From: a bacterium
GTDB taxonomy: Bacteria > Patescibacteriota > Saccharimonadia > Saccharimonadales > DATKHC01
NCBI GenBank assembly: GCA_021781215.1
Contig: JAJXXC010000002.1
Coordinates: forward strand, 83,371-147,370
Length of the DNA: 64,000 nt
Direction: 5' to 3'
Under the pieces are notes generated by a model, which was not told the origin of the DNA, searched no databases, and saw only the letters and a list, made by a program, of their open reading frames with translations. Shown piece after piece: positions 49,874 through 59,123 of this stretch. The position numbers and the translations under genes are program-made. Numbering within the stretch: the stretch's first letter is position 1; each line of letters begins with the position of its first letter.

Positions 49874-50257
49874 TTAACCTAGCCTATATCCCAACCAATT
49901 AACAAGCGATGCAGCAACGATAGTAATAACTAAACCAACAAGAGCATTAATGATGGTCCCTCTGGCATGCTTAGTATTTTCGGGCTCACCCTGACTGGTT
50001 ATGTACTGAACTCCCCCGATAATCACAAAAATAACAGCCACAAGGCCCCCAATAATAAGTAGCATGTCCAAGATTGCTAATAAGACTAGGAGCAAGTTAT
50101 CTGGAGGCCAAAAGGTAAATGAATTAAAATTACAAGATCCGTCAGGGTTAGGAGTGACTTTAATATACTTATACCAAACCGGTAGACCAAAAAAAGTTTG
50201 ATTCGGATCACACACGGCTGCGAAATTTTTTATTGGTAAAAGGATATTTTCTAACAT
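49874..50257 (-). CDS. TrbC/VirB2-like T4SS pilin
   Basis: FFGLPVWYKY; AVIFVIIGGVQYITSQG...ARGTIINALVGL. Confidence 0.85.
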   Translation of the reverse strand: MLENILLPIKNFAAVCDPNQTFFGLPVWYKYIKVTPNPDGSCNFNSFTFWPPDNLLLVLLAILDMLLIIGGLVAVIFVIIGGVQYITSQGEPENTKHARGTIINALVGLVITIVAASLVNWLGYRLG

Positions 50258-50275
50258 AAACCTATTGTATCCTAA

Positions 50276-52420
50276 CTAAATCCCTCCGGGAATTATAAAG
50301 TTTAAGAAAGCGTACAGCAGGAAGTAGGCAGCAAAACCGAGTAGGGCATTAAGTATTCGTTTTCTGGCAGCTTTTACGGCCTCGGGATTATCTCTAGAGG
50401 TTGAATACTGAACCCCTCCTACCACCACAGAAATAACAACCACCAAGCTTACCGCCACATTTAAGAATTTTATTAACGGGTTTATGTACGCTGTAACCAA
50501 ACAATTTGATCCATTATTTGACTTACAGCCATTTGGATCTGGTGCCGTAGTCGAACCCGCTGATTGATTTCCTAAACTCGGCAGACGTAACAGGGGATTA
50601 TTATTCTCTGCAGCGGCTAGGCTAAGATTTGGATTGGTCGAACAATCGGACGGAGACTGCTGAACCCAACCCATTTGACTGGCGTATGTTCCTGATGGAA
50701 TTACTATCGCAGAATAGCACTGGTTAGACTTAAAACTAAATTTACCGGTAGATGTTGGTGAACCGTTATAAGCCTGATAGTTGGTATCGACCACAGGATC
50801 GATGGACTCAACGTTATATTCACTCGGATTAGCTCCTGGACCACACTCATAGGTATAGCCGGTATTGTAATCGTAGCAAACACTGCTTGGGGTTGTAGAT
50901 CCCGTAGGATTAATGGACGAAGGGGATCCTGAACAAGCAACATCTGTTGGGGAACAGATGGATGTACTTATATTAGAGATATAGGTATATCCAGGGAGCT
51001 GAGGATATCCCGGCAATTCTGCACCATTTTCGCTTGGCGTACTGCCAGGTTGAAATAAACAGTTCAAACCCTGGCCACCACTAGGCCAACCATTAGTCCA
51101 ACCCACCGGCGCACCGCTTGAACTAGTTTTTGCATAATAAATATATCCTTCAGAGTTAGAGTTTCCAATATCCAAGTTACTAAGCGACTTGCTGGAACTT
51201 TTATTTACCAATATGAAGGGAAAGAACGCAGCAGTAGAACCATTAAGGCACGAGTTGGTAGTAAGGATTTGCCAATTAGGACCGGTTTTATTAACGCCTT
51301 GACTCGCTAAGACAGCTGCAGATCGAGTAGAATCGGGCTCTATGAGCTCACTTCCGCCATTTAAAGTAACTACAGTATTCGATGAGGTCCACTGAAACAT
51401 AGAATATTCCATCTGAGAATTTAATTTTGAAAGTGTAATAGGATACCCAGATTCTAATGCAGTGTTAATCGACCTGCCATAAAAAGTTCCATTAGTTGGA
51501 ACCTGGTAGGTGTTATTATTTGAACCAAAATAACAAAAACCCTGATTGGCAAATGTTGGTAAAAGCTGAACATCTGCATAATGCCCTCCGTTCGAAGTTA
51601 TTGCTACAATTCCTCCCATACAAGCAGTATTAGTTCCGGGGATAGGTTTGCCTGGGTCGATGGATACTAGCTTGCTGGAATTAGACGCATTCTCGGTAGG
51701 TAGATACAGCGTGTCGCCATCGTTTATAAAACGTGGGCCAGATGTCGCAAATTGCCCAACCCCATCCGTTGTGTAATAGGTTTTTGTCAGAGAATCATAG
51801 ATTTCGGTTGGGGATATAAATTTAAGATTTCCGGCGTATGAACCAGTGTCACTACTTATAACCTTGTGTCCGCTCGTATTTAACCAAGAAGTGTTCACCG
51901 TGATTATAGGATTGATCGCACCAGATATGTGATTAATCGTATAATCTACATCTTGACCGTTAAATTCTTCAATCAACGTCGGCTGATACTGTGATCGGCT
52001 ACCCTGAATCAGTAGTGTCTTTGGACTGCTCGGGTTTCCCGACGCCCCAAACACCATAGTCAAGGGATTTAAAACAAAACTTTGGCATCTTGACCCTTGG
52101 CCACAATTAACTAAATCGTATCCATAGACTATGCCGGTACCACCATCCATGTTTGGATCGGCGGTGCCACTCGGACCATTCCAGTCAAAAAAAGCCGTGT
52201 AAGACGTGCCGGCTATTGTGACCACTAGCTTAACTTTTGCTCCGCCATCCGTATAGCTAAAGACATACGTCGCAGTTTTTGGATTAGCAAAGGGGGCTAA
52301 TGCATAAGTCTTATGATTGAAGTAATTACCAAAAAAAGGAAGGGTCAGCACCAAGAAGCCTACAAACACCGAGACTTGTAAGAACCTAATAATTTGTTTT
52401 TTTATGTTTAAATAACGCAT
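50276..52420 (-). CDS. 714-aa protein: large Cys/Gly/Ser-rich extracellular region with C-terminal VirB2-like pilin domain
   Basis: Signal peptide; C-terminal VISVVVGGVQYSTSRDNPEAVKAARKRILNALLG. Confidence 0.8.
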   Translation of the reverse strand: MRYLNIKKQIIRFLQVSVFVGFLVLTLPFFGNYFNHKTYALAPFANPKTATYVFSYTDGGAKVKLVVTIAGTSYTAFFDWNGPSGTADPNMDGGTGIVYGYDLVNCGQGSRCQSFVLNPLTMVFGASGNPSSPKTLLIQGSRSQYQPTLIEEFNGQDVDYTINHISGAINPIITVNTSWLNTSGHKVISSDTGSYAGNLKFISPTEIYDSLTKTYYTTDGVGQFATSGPRFINDGDTLYLPTENASNSSKLVSIDPGKPIPGTNTACMGGIVAITSNGGHYADVQLLPTFANQGFCYFGSNNNTYQVPTNGTFYGRSINTALESGYPITLSKLNSQMEYSMFQWTSSNTVVTLNGGSELIEPDSTRSAAVLASQGVNKTGPNWQILTTNSCLNGSTAAFFPFILVNKSSSKSLSNLDIGNSNSEGYIYYAKTSSSGAPVGWTNGWPSGGQGLNCLFQPGSTPSENGAELPGYPQLPGYTYISNISTSICSPTDVACSGSPSSINPTGSTTPSSVCYDYNTGYTYECGPGANPSEYNVESIDPVVDTNYQAYNGSPTSTGKFSFKSNQCYSAIVIPSGTYASQMGWVQQSPSDCSTNPNLSLAAAENNNPLLRLPSLGNQSAGSTTAPDPNGCKSNNGSNCLVTAYINPLIKFLNVAVSLVVVISVVVGGVQYSTSRDNPEAVKAARKRILNALLGFAAYFLLYAFLNFIIPGGI

Positions 52421-52497
52421 TGATCGCTGCCGAATTTTATACTAGTCAGTATACTCGATAATTGTACCAAAGGCTAATGCTTATGTATAATTTGGTC

Positions 52498-52965
52498 ATG
52501 CCTCCAACTTACCCAGAACAAAATAATCTTTATACGCCCGACGCCACGTTTAGTTATAGCCAAAAAACTAAAAGTTTTTGGAGGCAAAGGTCAACTAGAA
52601 TAGAAATAGCTATAGCCTTTTTAGTAACCGTTGGCCTAGCAATTACCTTATTCGAATTACGTAGTAGCCCACAGTCTGTAGCTAAACAATTTGTTTCATA
52701 TATAACAAATCAGCCGGCCAGCAAATCCTATCAACTCACTAGCACAGATTTTCGAGCAGCAATATCTCTTGCGACCTGGCAAATTGATATAAATTCTATA
52801 AAAAACACTTGCTCGAATAAATTTACCTTGACTTCAAGTACGAAGAAGGCGTTAACGGCAAGAACACTATTCTCAACGAGTGGAGCAAATGGTAATTGTC
52901 ATATAGAAGTTGACTTAATTAATAATTCTAACAAATGGCTAGTTGATTCATTCGTCTCTTACTAA
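52498..52965 (+). CDS. hypothetical single-TM protein (NTF2-like C-terminus possible)
   Basis: TM, PQSVAKQF...SYQLTS, C-terminal KWLVDSF; TATAAT 6 nt before ATG 52498. Confidence 0.6.
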   Translation: MPPTYPEQNNLYTPDATFSYSQKTKSFWRQRSTRIEIAIAFLVTVGLAITLFELRSSPQSVAKQFVSYITNQPASKSYQLTSTDFRAAISLATWQIDINSIKNTCSNKFTLTSSTKKALTARTLFSTSGANGNCHIEVDLINNSNKWLVDSFVSY

Positions 52966-53061
52966 TATTTATAGATTTATTAAAAAACTTTTTTATTTCA
53001 AATAGTTAACGCAATCTTTCATAGTCTATATCAAATATCTCTCTAATGTTATTATAGGTTA

Positions 53062-55281
53062 ATGGTAAGGAATAAAATAAAAATATGGGCATTTTTAAAA
53101 GTTGCCCTGATCGTTATGTCTCTGTCGAGTTTACTTATCATGTCCTCGCCAGTAAGTGCCTCGGCGCTTAGTTTGAGTAATAATACAGTTGCGACATCTG
53201 CCGCCCCCGGAATTAATTGTAGCGTCGATTTTAACCCGACTACCTGGCTTATCTGTCCTTTAATTTCTGGTATGTCTGCGGTTGTTGAAGGTTTTGACAG
53301 CTACATAACATCGGCACTAACAATCGATCCTTGTGTTTATTTTAATGCAAGTACCGCCCCCGATCCATCATGCAGCAAACAGTCCTCTAACACACCAGCC
53401 TCGAGCCAAAGTAATATTACTAGTACTGGTTTTTACACAGCCTGGTCTTCATTTAGAGACATAGCGCTGGGTCTAATGGTAATTGGGGCTCTTATAATGG
53501 TAATCTCGCAGATTGTTGGATTTGAGCTACTTGACGCCTATACAATTAGAAAAGTCCTACCAAGAATAATAATTGCCGCGATTGGCATATCGCTCTCTTG
53601 GCAATTGATGCAATTTTTAATTCAATTTTCTAACGATTTGGGTAATGGGATTAGTTACTTAATCTATCACCCATTCACAACCGGGGCAAACTCAATAAGT
53701 AACAAAGGTGTTGTTATTACTAATGGTGTTAGTTCGGCTGGAGCTATTTTGAGCTTTGCAGCTATTACCACCCTAGGGATTATGGCTACATTATCTTTTG
53801 TCCTAGTTGCTTTAGTTGCTGCATTTTTAGGCTTTGCAGTAGTTGTATTGAGACAGATTTTAATTATCTTTTTAGCTCTATTATCTCCAATTGCTATCGC
53901 TATGTTCATCTTGCCAGGAACTTCAAAAGTTTGGAAGTTGTGGTGGAACACCTTTTTTAAAGCCTTGCTAATGTTTCCTTTAATTATCGGCATGATAGCT
54001 ATTGGCAGAGTTTTTGCAGCAATCAGTAGCCAAAACGGTGGAAGTATTGGCCAATTCATTGCCTTTATAGCATACTTTGGCCCATATTTTATTATCCCTC
54101 AAACTTTTAAATTTGCCGGTGGAATCCTTAGCGCCGCCGGTGGAGCTGCAAGCAGAACAAATAAAGCATTTGGGAAAGCTGCAGGTGAATATCGAGGAAG
54201 GGAGCGAAAACGACTTGCAGAATTGGGGGCAAGAGGAGAACGTTTTAGGCACGGTAAACAAACCGGTTTTAGCGGCTTTTTAAACAGGAGAACTATCGGA
54301 ATATCATCTGGGGTCGGAGGACGATTCGGTATTGGCGAAAGAGGAGCTAGTAAAATTGAACAGATACAAAAAGACAGAGACGTAGCAAATCTATCCGAAA
54401 ATAAAAGTCTAATGAACTTAGCCCAAACAAGTAGTGAAGGAATAGCTATATTAGCCGCCTCTGGGGGGACTGTTCAAGGCGCAAGACAGGCGAGGAATCG
54501 ACTAAAGAGCCTGATGGTAGAGAATGATGTAGCGGATAAAATTGCTAAAAAACCCGGGGCTACAAGCGACGATATAGCAGTATTTAGAACAAATGCGGAA
54601 GCAAGTGCAGAGGCTGCTACACAGAGTGGTTTTTTGCAAGCGCAAGCAGTTGGCTTCACGACCTCAAACTCAAGAGGTGCGTTTAATGCGGCTGCGGCTA
54701 ATAAGTGGCGGGCTCTGGGGCCAATAGGTGCAAATGACTTTATAGACGAAGGGCTTAGTAGAGCTTACAGCAATAGCGATACCCTAAAAGCAGAGGCTGC
54801 CCAAACTCAAGCGTATAATGCCAGAAAGAGCGGTAGAACCGATATAGGTGGCGTAGACAAAACAACTGGTAAAACGAGTGCGTCTGACGGCTTCGCTAAG
54901 GCTGGCGCTCACGCAGTTGCCAGAGATTACGGTGACTCACTAAAATCTCAAGTTAATCGACTTCTTAGGGATCTAGGTGGAAGCAATGCTAAAGACTCAA
55001 TAGATGCCGCAGCACAGCTTGCTGCCCTAAGGGGGGCTATGGGGCCAGACCTACCTCTATCTAATCAAATAATAATTAATGATGCCCTTGAAAAAGCAGG
55101 CGTTAATTTAGGTTCTGATGAAGATGTAGCTACACAACTCGGAGCGTTGGTCGCAAGCAAAAGCCCAACACCAACAACCTCAAAAGAGATGGCCAACATT
55201 ATTCGTCACCGAATTGGAGCATATGTTGGGCCTCCTATGGGTGGAATGGGTGGTCAACCTCCAATAGCTCCAGAAGAATAG
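53062..55281 (+). CDS. VirB6/TrbL-like polytopic T4SS membrane protein
   Basis: WSSFRDIA, IRKVLPRII, LRQILI..L..LSPIAI..ILPGT...WW; A/G-rich C-terminal tail; first gene of the T4SS cluster. Confidence 0.75.
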   Translation: MVRNKIKIWAFLKVALIVMSLSSLLIMSSPVSASALSLSNNTVATSAAPGINCSVDFNPTTWLICPLISGMSAVVEGFDSYITSALTIDPCVYFNASTAPDPSCSKQSSNTPASSQSNITSTGFYTAWSSFRDIALGLMVIGALIMVISQIVGFELLDAYTIRKVLPRIIIAAIGISLSWQLMQFLIQFSNDLGNGISYLIYHPFTTGANSISNKGVVITNGVSSAGAILSFAAITTLGIMATLSFVLVALVAAFLGFAVVVLRQILIIFLALLSPIAIAMFILPGTSKVWKLWWNTFFKALLMFPLIIGMIAIGRVFAAISSQNGGSIGQFIAFIAYFGPYFIIPQTFKFAGGILSAAGGAASRTNKAFGKAAGEYRGRERKRLAELGARGERFRHGKQTGFSGFLNRRTIGISSGVGGRFGIGERGASKIEQIQKDRDVANLSENKSLMNLAQTSSEGIAILAASGGTVQGARQARNRLKSLMVENDVADKIAKKPGATSDDIAVFRTNAEASAEAATQSGFLQAQAVGFTTSNSRGAFNAAAANKWRALGPIGANDFIDEGLSRAYSNSDTLKAEAAQTQAYNARKSGRTDIGGVDKTTGKTSASDGFAKAGAHAVARDYGDSLKSQVNRLLRDLGGSNAKDSIDAAAQLAALRGAMGPDLPLSNQIIINDALEKAGVNLGSDEDVATQLGALVASKSPTPTTSKEMANIIRHRIGAYVGPPMGGMGGQPPIAPEE

Positions 55282-55338
55282 ATCATCAAGGAAGTAATGC
55301 TTTACTAATAAAAGCATTACCACTAATATTTAATAGTA

Positions 55339-56298
55339 ATGGCACAATATAAAGTAATCCAAGACATAGAGGCTGAAGATAAATTACTAGGCCCCTTAAC
55401 CCTTAAACAATTTATCTATGCAGCTATTACAATTATTCTAGGATTTATTGCCTATAAACTGGCCACAATATCGCCTTATGTAATAATTCTATTTTTGCCT
55501 GAAATGCTTTTTTTTGGGCTATTGGCTGCGCCTTTTGGGATTGATCAGCCTAACGAAATCTGGCTACTTGCTAAAATTAGATTTTATTTAAAGCCTCAGA
55601 TTAGAAAATGGGATCAAGATGGAATTGGGGGGCTAGTTACCGTTACTGCACCCAAAAAAATTGAAAAAAAATTAACTAAAGACTTTACGGCTACCGAAGC
55701 AAGAGGCAGACTAGAATCTTTAGCCAAAACACTGGATGCTGGTGGCTGGGTTAGGACCAGCCCCGGATCAGCTCTATTTAAAATAGGCTTCGGGAAGCCT
55801 TCGGAAGATAGATTGGTCGATCTAGGCTCGATAGCATCAGATCAACCAACCCCAGACATAATAGACCAAGACGATATTTTTGATGACAGTAATCTTCAGG
55901 TTCGTCACATAAGTTCGGTTATGGCTCAAAATGAAAAGAAAATTAAGGACTACCAAAAAAACCTAGTAAGCCCTACCGTAGCACCGGTACTATCATCAGA
56001 CGAGGCATCTGTCCCTAGGCCCGTAGAAAACTTTCAGTCGCCGAGAAACTATATAGCAGAAACACCGGTGCAGCCAGCCTTCAGCCCGATTGAATCACAA
56101 TTTAAGCCAAAAAATAATATTCCCACAAATCCGTTACAAAACATAGTGGCTTCAAACTATCAATCTCCGATGACAAGTCAACCCGATAATGCTAAAATTA
56201 ATGTACTTGCTAGAGACAATAATCGTTCTATCGCCTCTCTAAAACGTGAATTTAGTGGTGGGGATGATTCTGGTGAAGTGGTAATATCGCTCCACTAG
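55339..56298 (+). CDS. PrgI family (VirB3-like) protein
   Basis: MAQYKVIQDIEAEDKLLGPLTLKQFIY, two TMs. Confidence 0.85.
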   Translation: MAQYKVIQDIEAEDKLLGPLTLKQFIYAAITIILGFIAYKLATISPYVIILFLPEMLFFGLLAAPFGIDQPNEIWLLAKIRFYLKPQIRKWDQDGIGGLVTVTAPKKIEKKLTKDFTATEARGRLESLAKTLDAGGWVRTSPGSALFKIGFGKPSEDRLVDLGSIASDQPTPDIIDQDDIFDDSNLQVRHISSVMAQNEKKIKDYQKNLVSPTVAPVLSSDEASVPRPVENFQSPRNYIAETPVQPAFSPIESQFKPKNNIPTNPLQNIVASNYQSPMTSQPDNAKINVLARDNNRSIASLKREFSGGDDSGEVVISLH

Positions 56299-56330
56299 TA
56301 GCATTAATAAATCATAAATTACAAATTTTC

Positions 56331-57185
56331 ATGGATCCAAATATAAATAATTCAATTGACCCAAATAGTTACCAGAAATTTGGCGAATCATATAATCAGC
56401 AATCAGTTGCTCCAGCTCCTCCTTTAAGTTCTCAAAAATCTCAATCCAGAAAAAGTAATCCTAGCAGTGCTCAAAATAGTTTACAGATTGCTGAAATAAG
56501 GGATGGTCTAGTAATAATGAAGGATGGCTCGTTCAGGTCTGTTGTTATGGTTAAGGCAATCAACTTTGATTTAATGAGTGGCGAAGAGAGAGAAGCTGTT
56601 GAGTACGCCTATCAAGGTTTTCTTAATTCTCTTTACTTCCCAATTCAAATCTTTATTCATTCAGAGAAAATAGACATTAAGCCCTATCTAGACCTACTAC
56701 AAAAAGTCAGAGGAAACCAAGATAACATGCTACTGGCCTTGCTCATGGATGATTATATAGAGTATATGTTCGCATTGTCACAACAGGCCAATATCATGGA
56801 TAAGCAATTCTATGTTGTTGTGCCTTATTCGCCGGCCGAAGAGCTAAAGCCCGATATATCATCGAGTAAAAATTTCTTTACTGGCTTAGTGGACATATTC
56901 TCTAGCAGCAGCAGAAAAGTTACTATTGATGAGCCTTCGCTTATTAAAGCGAAGGACGAACTAAGAAATCGAGTTCAGGCGCTACTAAGCGGTTTACAGC
57001 AGTCCGGTATTCAAGGAATACCACTAGACACACAAGAACTAATTGAATTGTATTACAACACCTATAATCCAGACACTTCAGTCAGGCAGCAACTTAAAGA
57101 TTTTGATGGCTTGGCTGCACCTATCGTTACAAGGGGTGAAGGCGCTGCACCCAGTCCAATCACCATGAATGGGGCTAATAACTAA
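56331..57185 (+). CDS. TraC/VirB4 N-terminal-like T4SS protein
   Basis: LQIAEIRDG, INFDLMS, FLNSLYFPIQI, FYVVVPY, ELIELYYN. Confidence 0.75.
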   Translation: MDPNINNSIDPNSYQKFGESYNQQSVAPAPPLSSQKSQSRKSNPSSAQNSLQIAEIRDGLVIMKDGSFRSVVMVKAINFDLMSGEEREAVEYAYQGFLNSLYFPIQIFIHSEKIDIKPYLDLLQKVRGNQDNMLLALLMDDYIEYMFALSQQANIMDKQFYVVVPYSPAEELKPDISSSKNFFTGLVDIFSSSSRKVTIDEPSLIKAKDELRNRVQALLSGLQQSGIQGIPLDTQELIELYYNTYNPDTSVRQQLKDFDGLAAPIVTRGEGAAPSPITMNGANN

Positions 57186-57186
57186 T

Positions 57187-59082
57187 ATGGCATTATTTAA
57201 AAAACCCAAGCTTGATCCAGTAACCGTTGCCCAACTTCAGCAAACTGCCGAAAAACATGAAGTAGATGCAGCTTTTAACAAAGGGATTGTTGATTTACGT
57301 GACTTTATAGCACCGAGCTCACTAGAATTTAAAAGCACTTATTTCCAACTTGGTACCAAATACGCCAGATCTTACTATGTTTATGGCTACCCTAGACAAG
57401 TATTCACCGGGTGGATGAGCAGTCTAGTCAATACCGACGAGGTCTTAGACATATCAATGTATATATATCCAGTTAATGGCCGCGTTGTATTAGAAAATCT
57501 GAGAAAAAAAGTAAGTCAACTTGAAGCTGGAATTCAAATTGATAACGAAAAGGGCAAGGTTAGGGATCCCGGTAAACAGGCCGCAATACAAGACGCCGAA
57601 GAAATGCGAGACAAGTTACAGGTTGGCGAAGAACACTTCTTCCGTCTAGGTTTTTACTTCACCCTTTATGGGAACAGCATAGATGAACTCGATTTTGTAT
57701 CACATAAAATCGAGAGCCTTCTAGGTCAACAATTAATTTATTCAAAGCCGGCTAGCTCTCAACAAGAACAAACCATGAACTCAGTAATTCCTCAGTTTAC
57801 CGACCAACTTCAAATTCGTAGGAACTTTGGTACCGGTGCGCTTAGTACTAGCTTCCCATTTACTAGCGCCAACTTAAGCGATGGCAAAGGGATTCTCTAC
57901 GGAGTTAATATGCATAATTCGGGACTGGTCTTGTTTGATAGATGGAGCCTGGAGAATAGCAACTCGGTAGTGTTTGCAAAATCAGGTGCAGGGAAATCAT
58001 TTGCCGTAAAACTTGAGGCGCTGAGAAGCATGATGTTCGGAACCGAGATTTTTATTATCGATCCAGAAAATGAGTACCAGAAAATGGCTGAAGCGGTCGG
58101 TGGAGCATACATTAGACTCAGCTTAAATTCAACAGTTAGGATAAATCCATTTGATTTACCGAAAGTAATAGATAGCGAAGATGTCGATAGCGCGCTCCGT
58201 ACCAACCTAATAACTCTTCATGGGTTGTTTAGACTCATGATGGGTGGTGCGCAAGTACAACTACTGGGCGCAACAGCTGCAACCCTCCCGGCCCTAAGTC
58301 CTGTCGAAGAGTCTGACCTTGATACGGCCTTAATTCAGACCTATTCAAAAGCAGGGATAACCAACGATCCTCTAACGCACGTAAGTAAGCCTCCGACCAT
58401 ATCCGACCTCTATGACGTTTTATTGCACATGGGCGGAACAGGACCTCAGCTTGCTCAAAGACTAAGAAAATATACCACTGGAACATTTGCCGGTATTTTT
58501 TCTCAACAAAGTAACATCAACATAGATAACCCAATGGTGGTCTTCAATATTCGAGATCTTGAAGACGAGCTAAGGCCGGTGGCAATGTATATTGTTCTAA
58601 ACTATATTTGGAATAAAACTAAAACTGACCAGAGACGCAGAATGTTGATAGTAGATGAAGCCTGGCAGTTAATGAAATACGAGGATACTGCTAACTTCTT
58701 ATTTAGCGTAGCCAAACGGGCTAGAAAATATAATCTGGGAATCACTACAATAACCCAGGACGTTGAAGATTTTATTGGCTCAAGAATGGGAAGAGCCATA
58801 GTGGCTAACGCGTCGATGCAGCTACTGTTAAAACAGTCGTCGAGTGCTATAGACTTATTGGCTGATGTATTTAAGCTAACTAGCGAAGAGAAGAAAAGAC
58901 TGCCCCAATTCCCAGTTGGTCAAGGTCTATTCTTTGCTGGTCAAAATCATGTGGCAATCCAAATCATTGCTAGCGAAACTGAGACCAATCTTATATCCAC
59001 AACCCCTCCACCCCAGCTTATTGACCTTGATAAGATAAATAATCAATCTGCTAACAATGATCAAGGAACAGCACCCGTCTAA
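57187..59082 (+). CDS. virB4: VirB4-like T4SS ATPase
   Basis: Walker A AKSGAGKS, IIDPENEY, Walker B LIVDEAW, RARKY, ITQDVEDF. Confidence 0.9.
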   Translation: MALFKKPKLDPVTVAQLQQTAEKHEVDAAFNKGIVDLRDFIAPSSLEFKSTYFQLGTKYARSYYVYGYPRQVFTGWMSSLVNTDEVLDISMYIYPVNGRVVLENLRKKVSQLEAGIQIDNEKGKVRDPGKQAAIQDAEEMRDKLQVGEEHFFRLGFYFTLYGNSIDELDFVSHKIESLLGQQLIYSKPASSQQEQTMNSVIPQFTDQLQIRRNFGTGALSTSFPFTSANLSDGKGILYGVNMHNSGLVLFDRWSLENSNSVVFAKSGAGKSFAVKLEALRSMMFGTEIFIIDPENEYQKMAEAVGGAYIRLSLNSTVRINPFDLPKVIDSEDVDSALRTNLITLHGLFRLMMGGAQVQLLGATAATLPALSPVEESDLDTALIQTYSKAGITNDPLTHVSKPPTISDLYDVLLHMGGTGPQLAQRLRKYTTGTFAGIFSQQSNINIDNPMVVFNIRDLEDELRPVAMYIVLNYIWNKTKTDQRRRMLIVDEAWQLMKYEDTANFLFSVAKRARKYNLGITTITQDVEDFIGSRMGRAIVANASMQLLLKQSSSAIDLLADVFKLTSEEKKRLPQFPVGQGLFFAGQNHVAIQIIASETETNLISTTPPPQLIDLDKINNQSANNDQGTAPV

Positions 59083-59123
59083 TAAATTTGGCTTAGCCCA
59101 ACTATTATCTGTAAAATAAGCAT

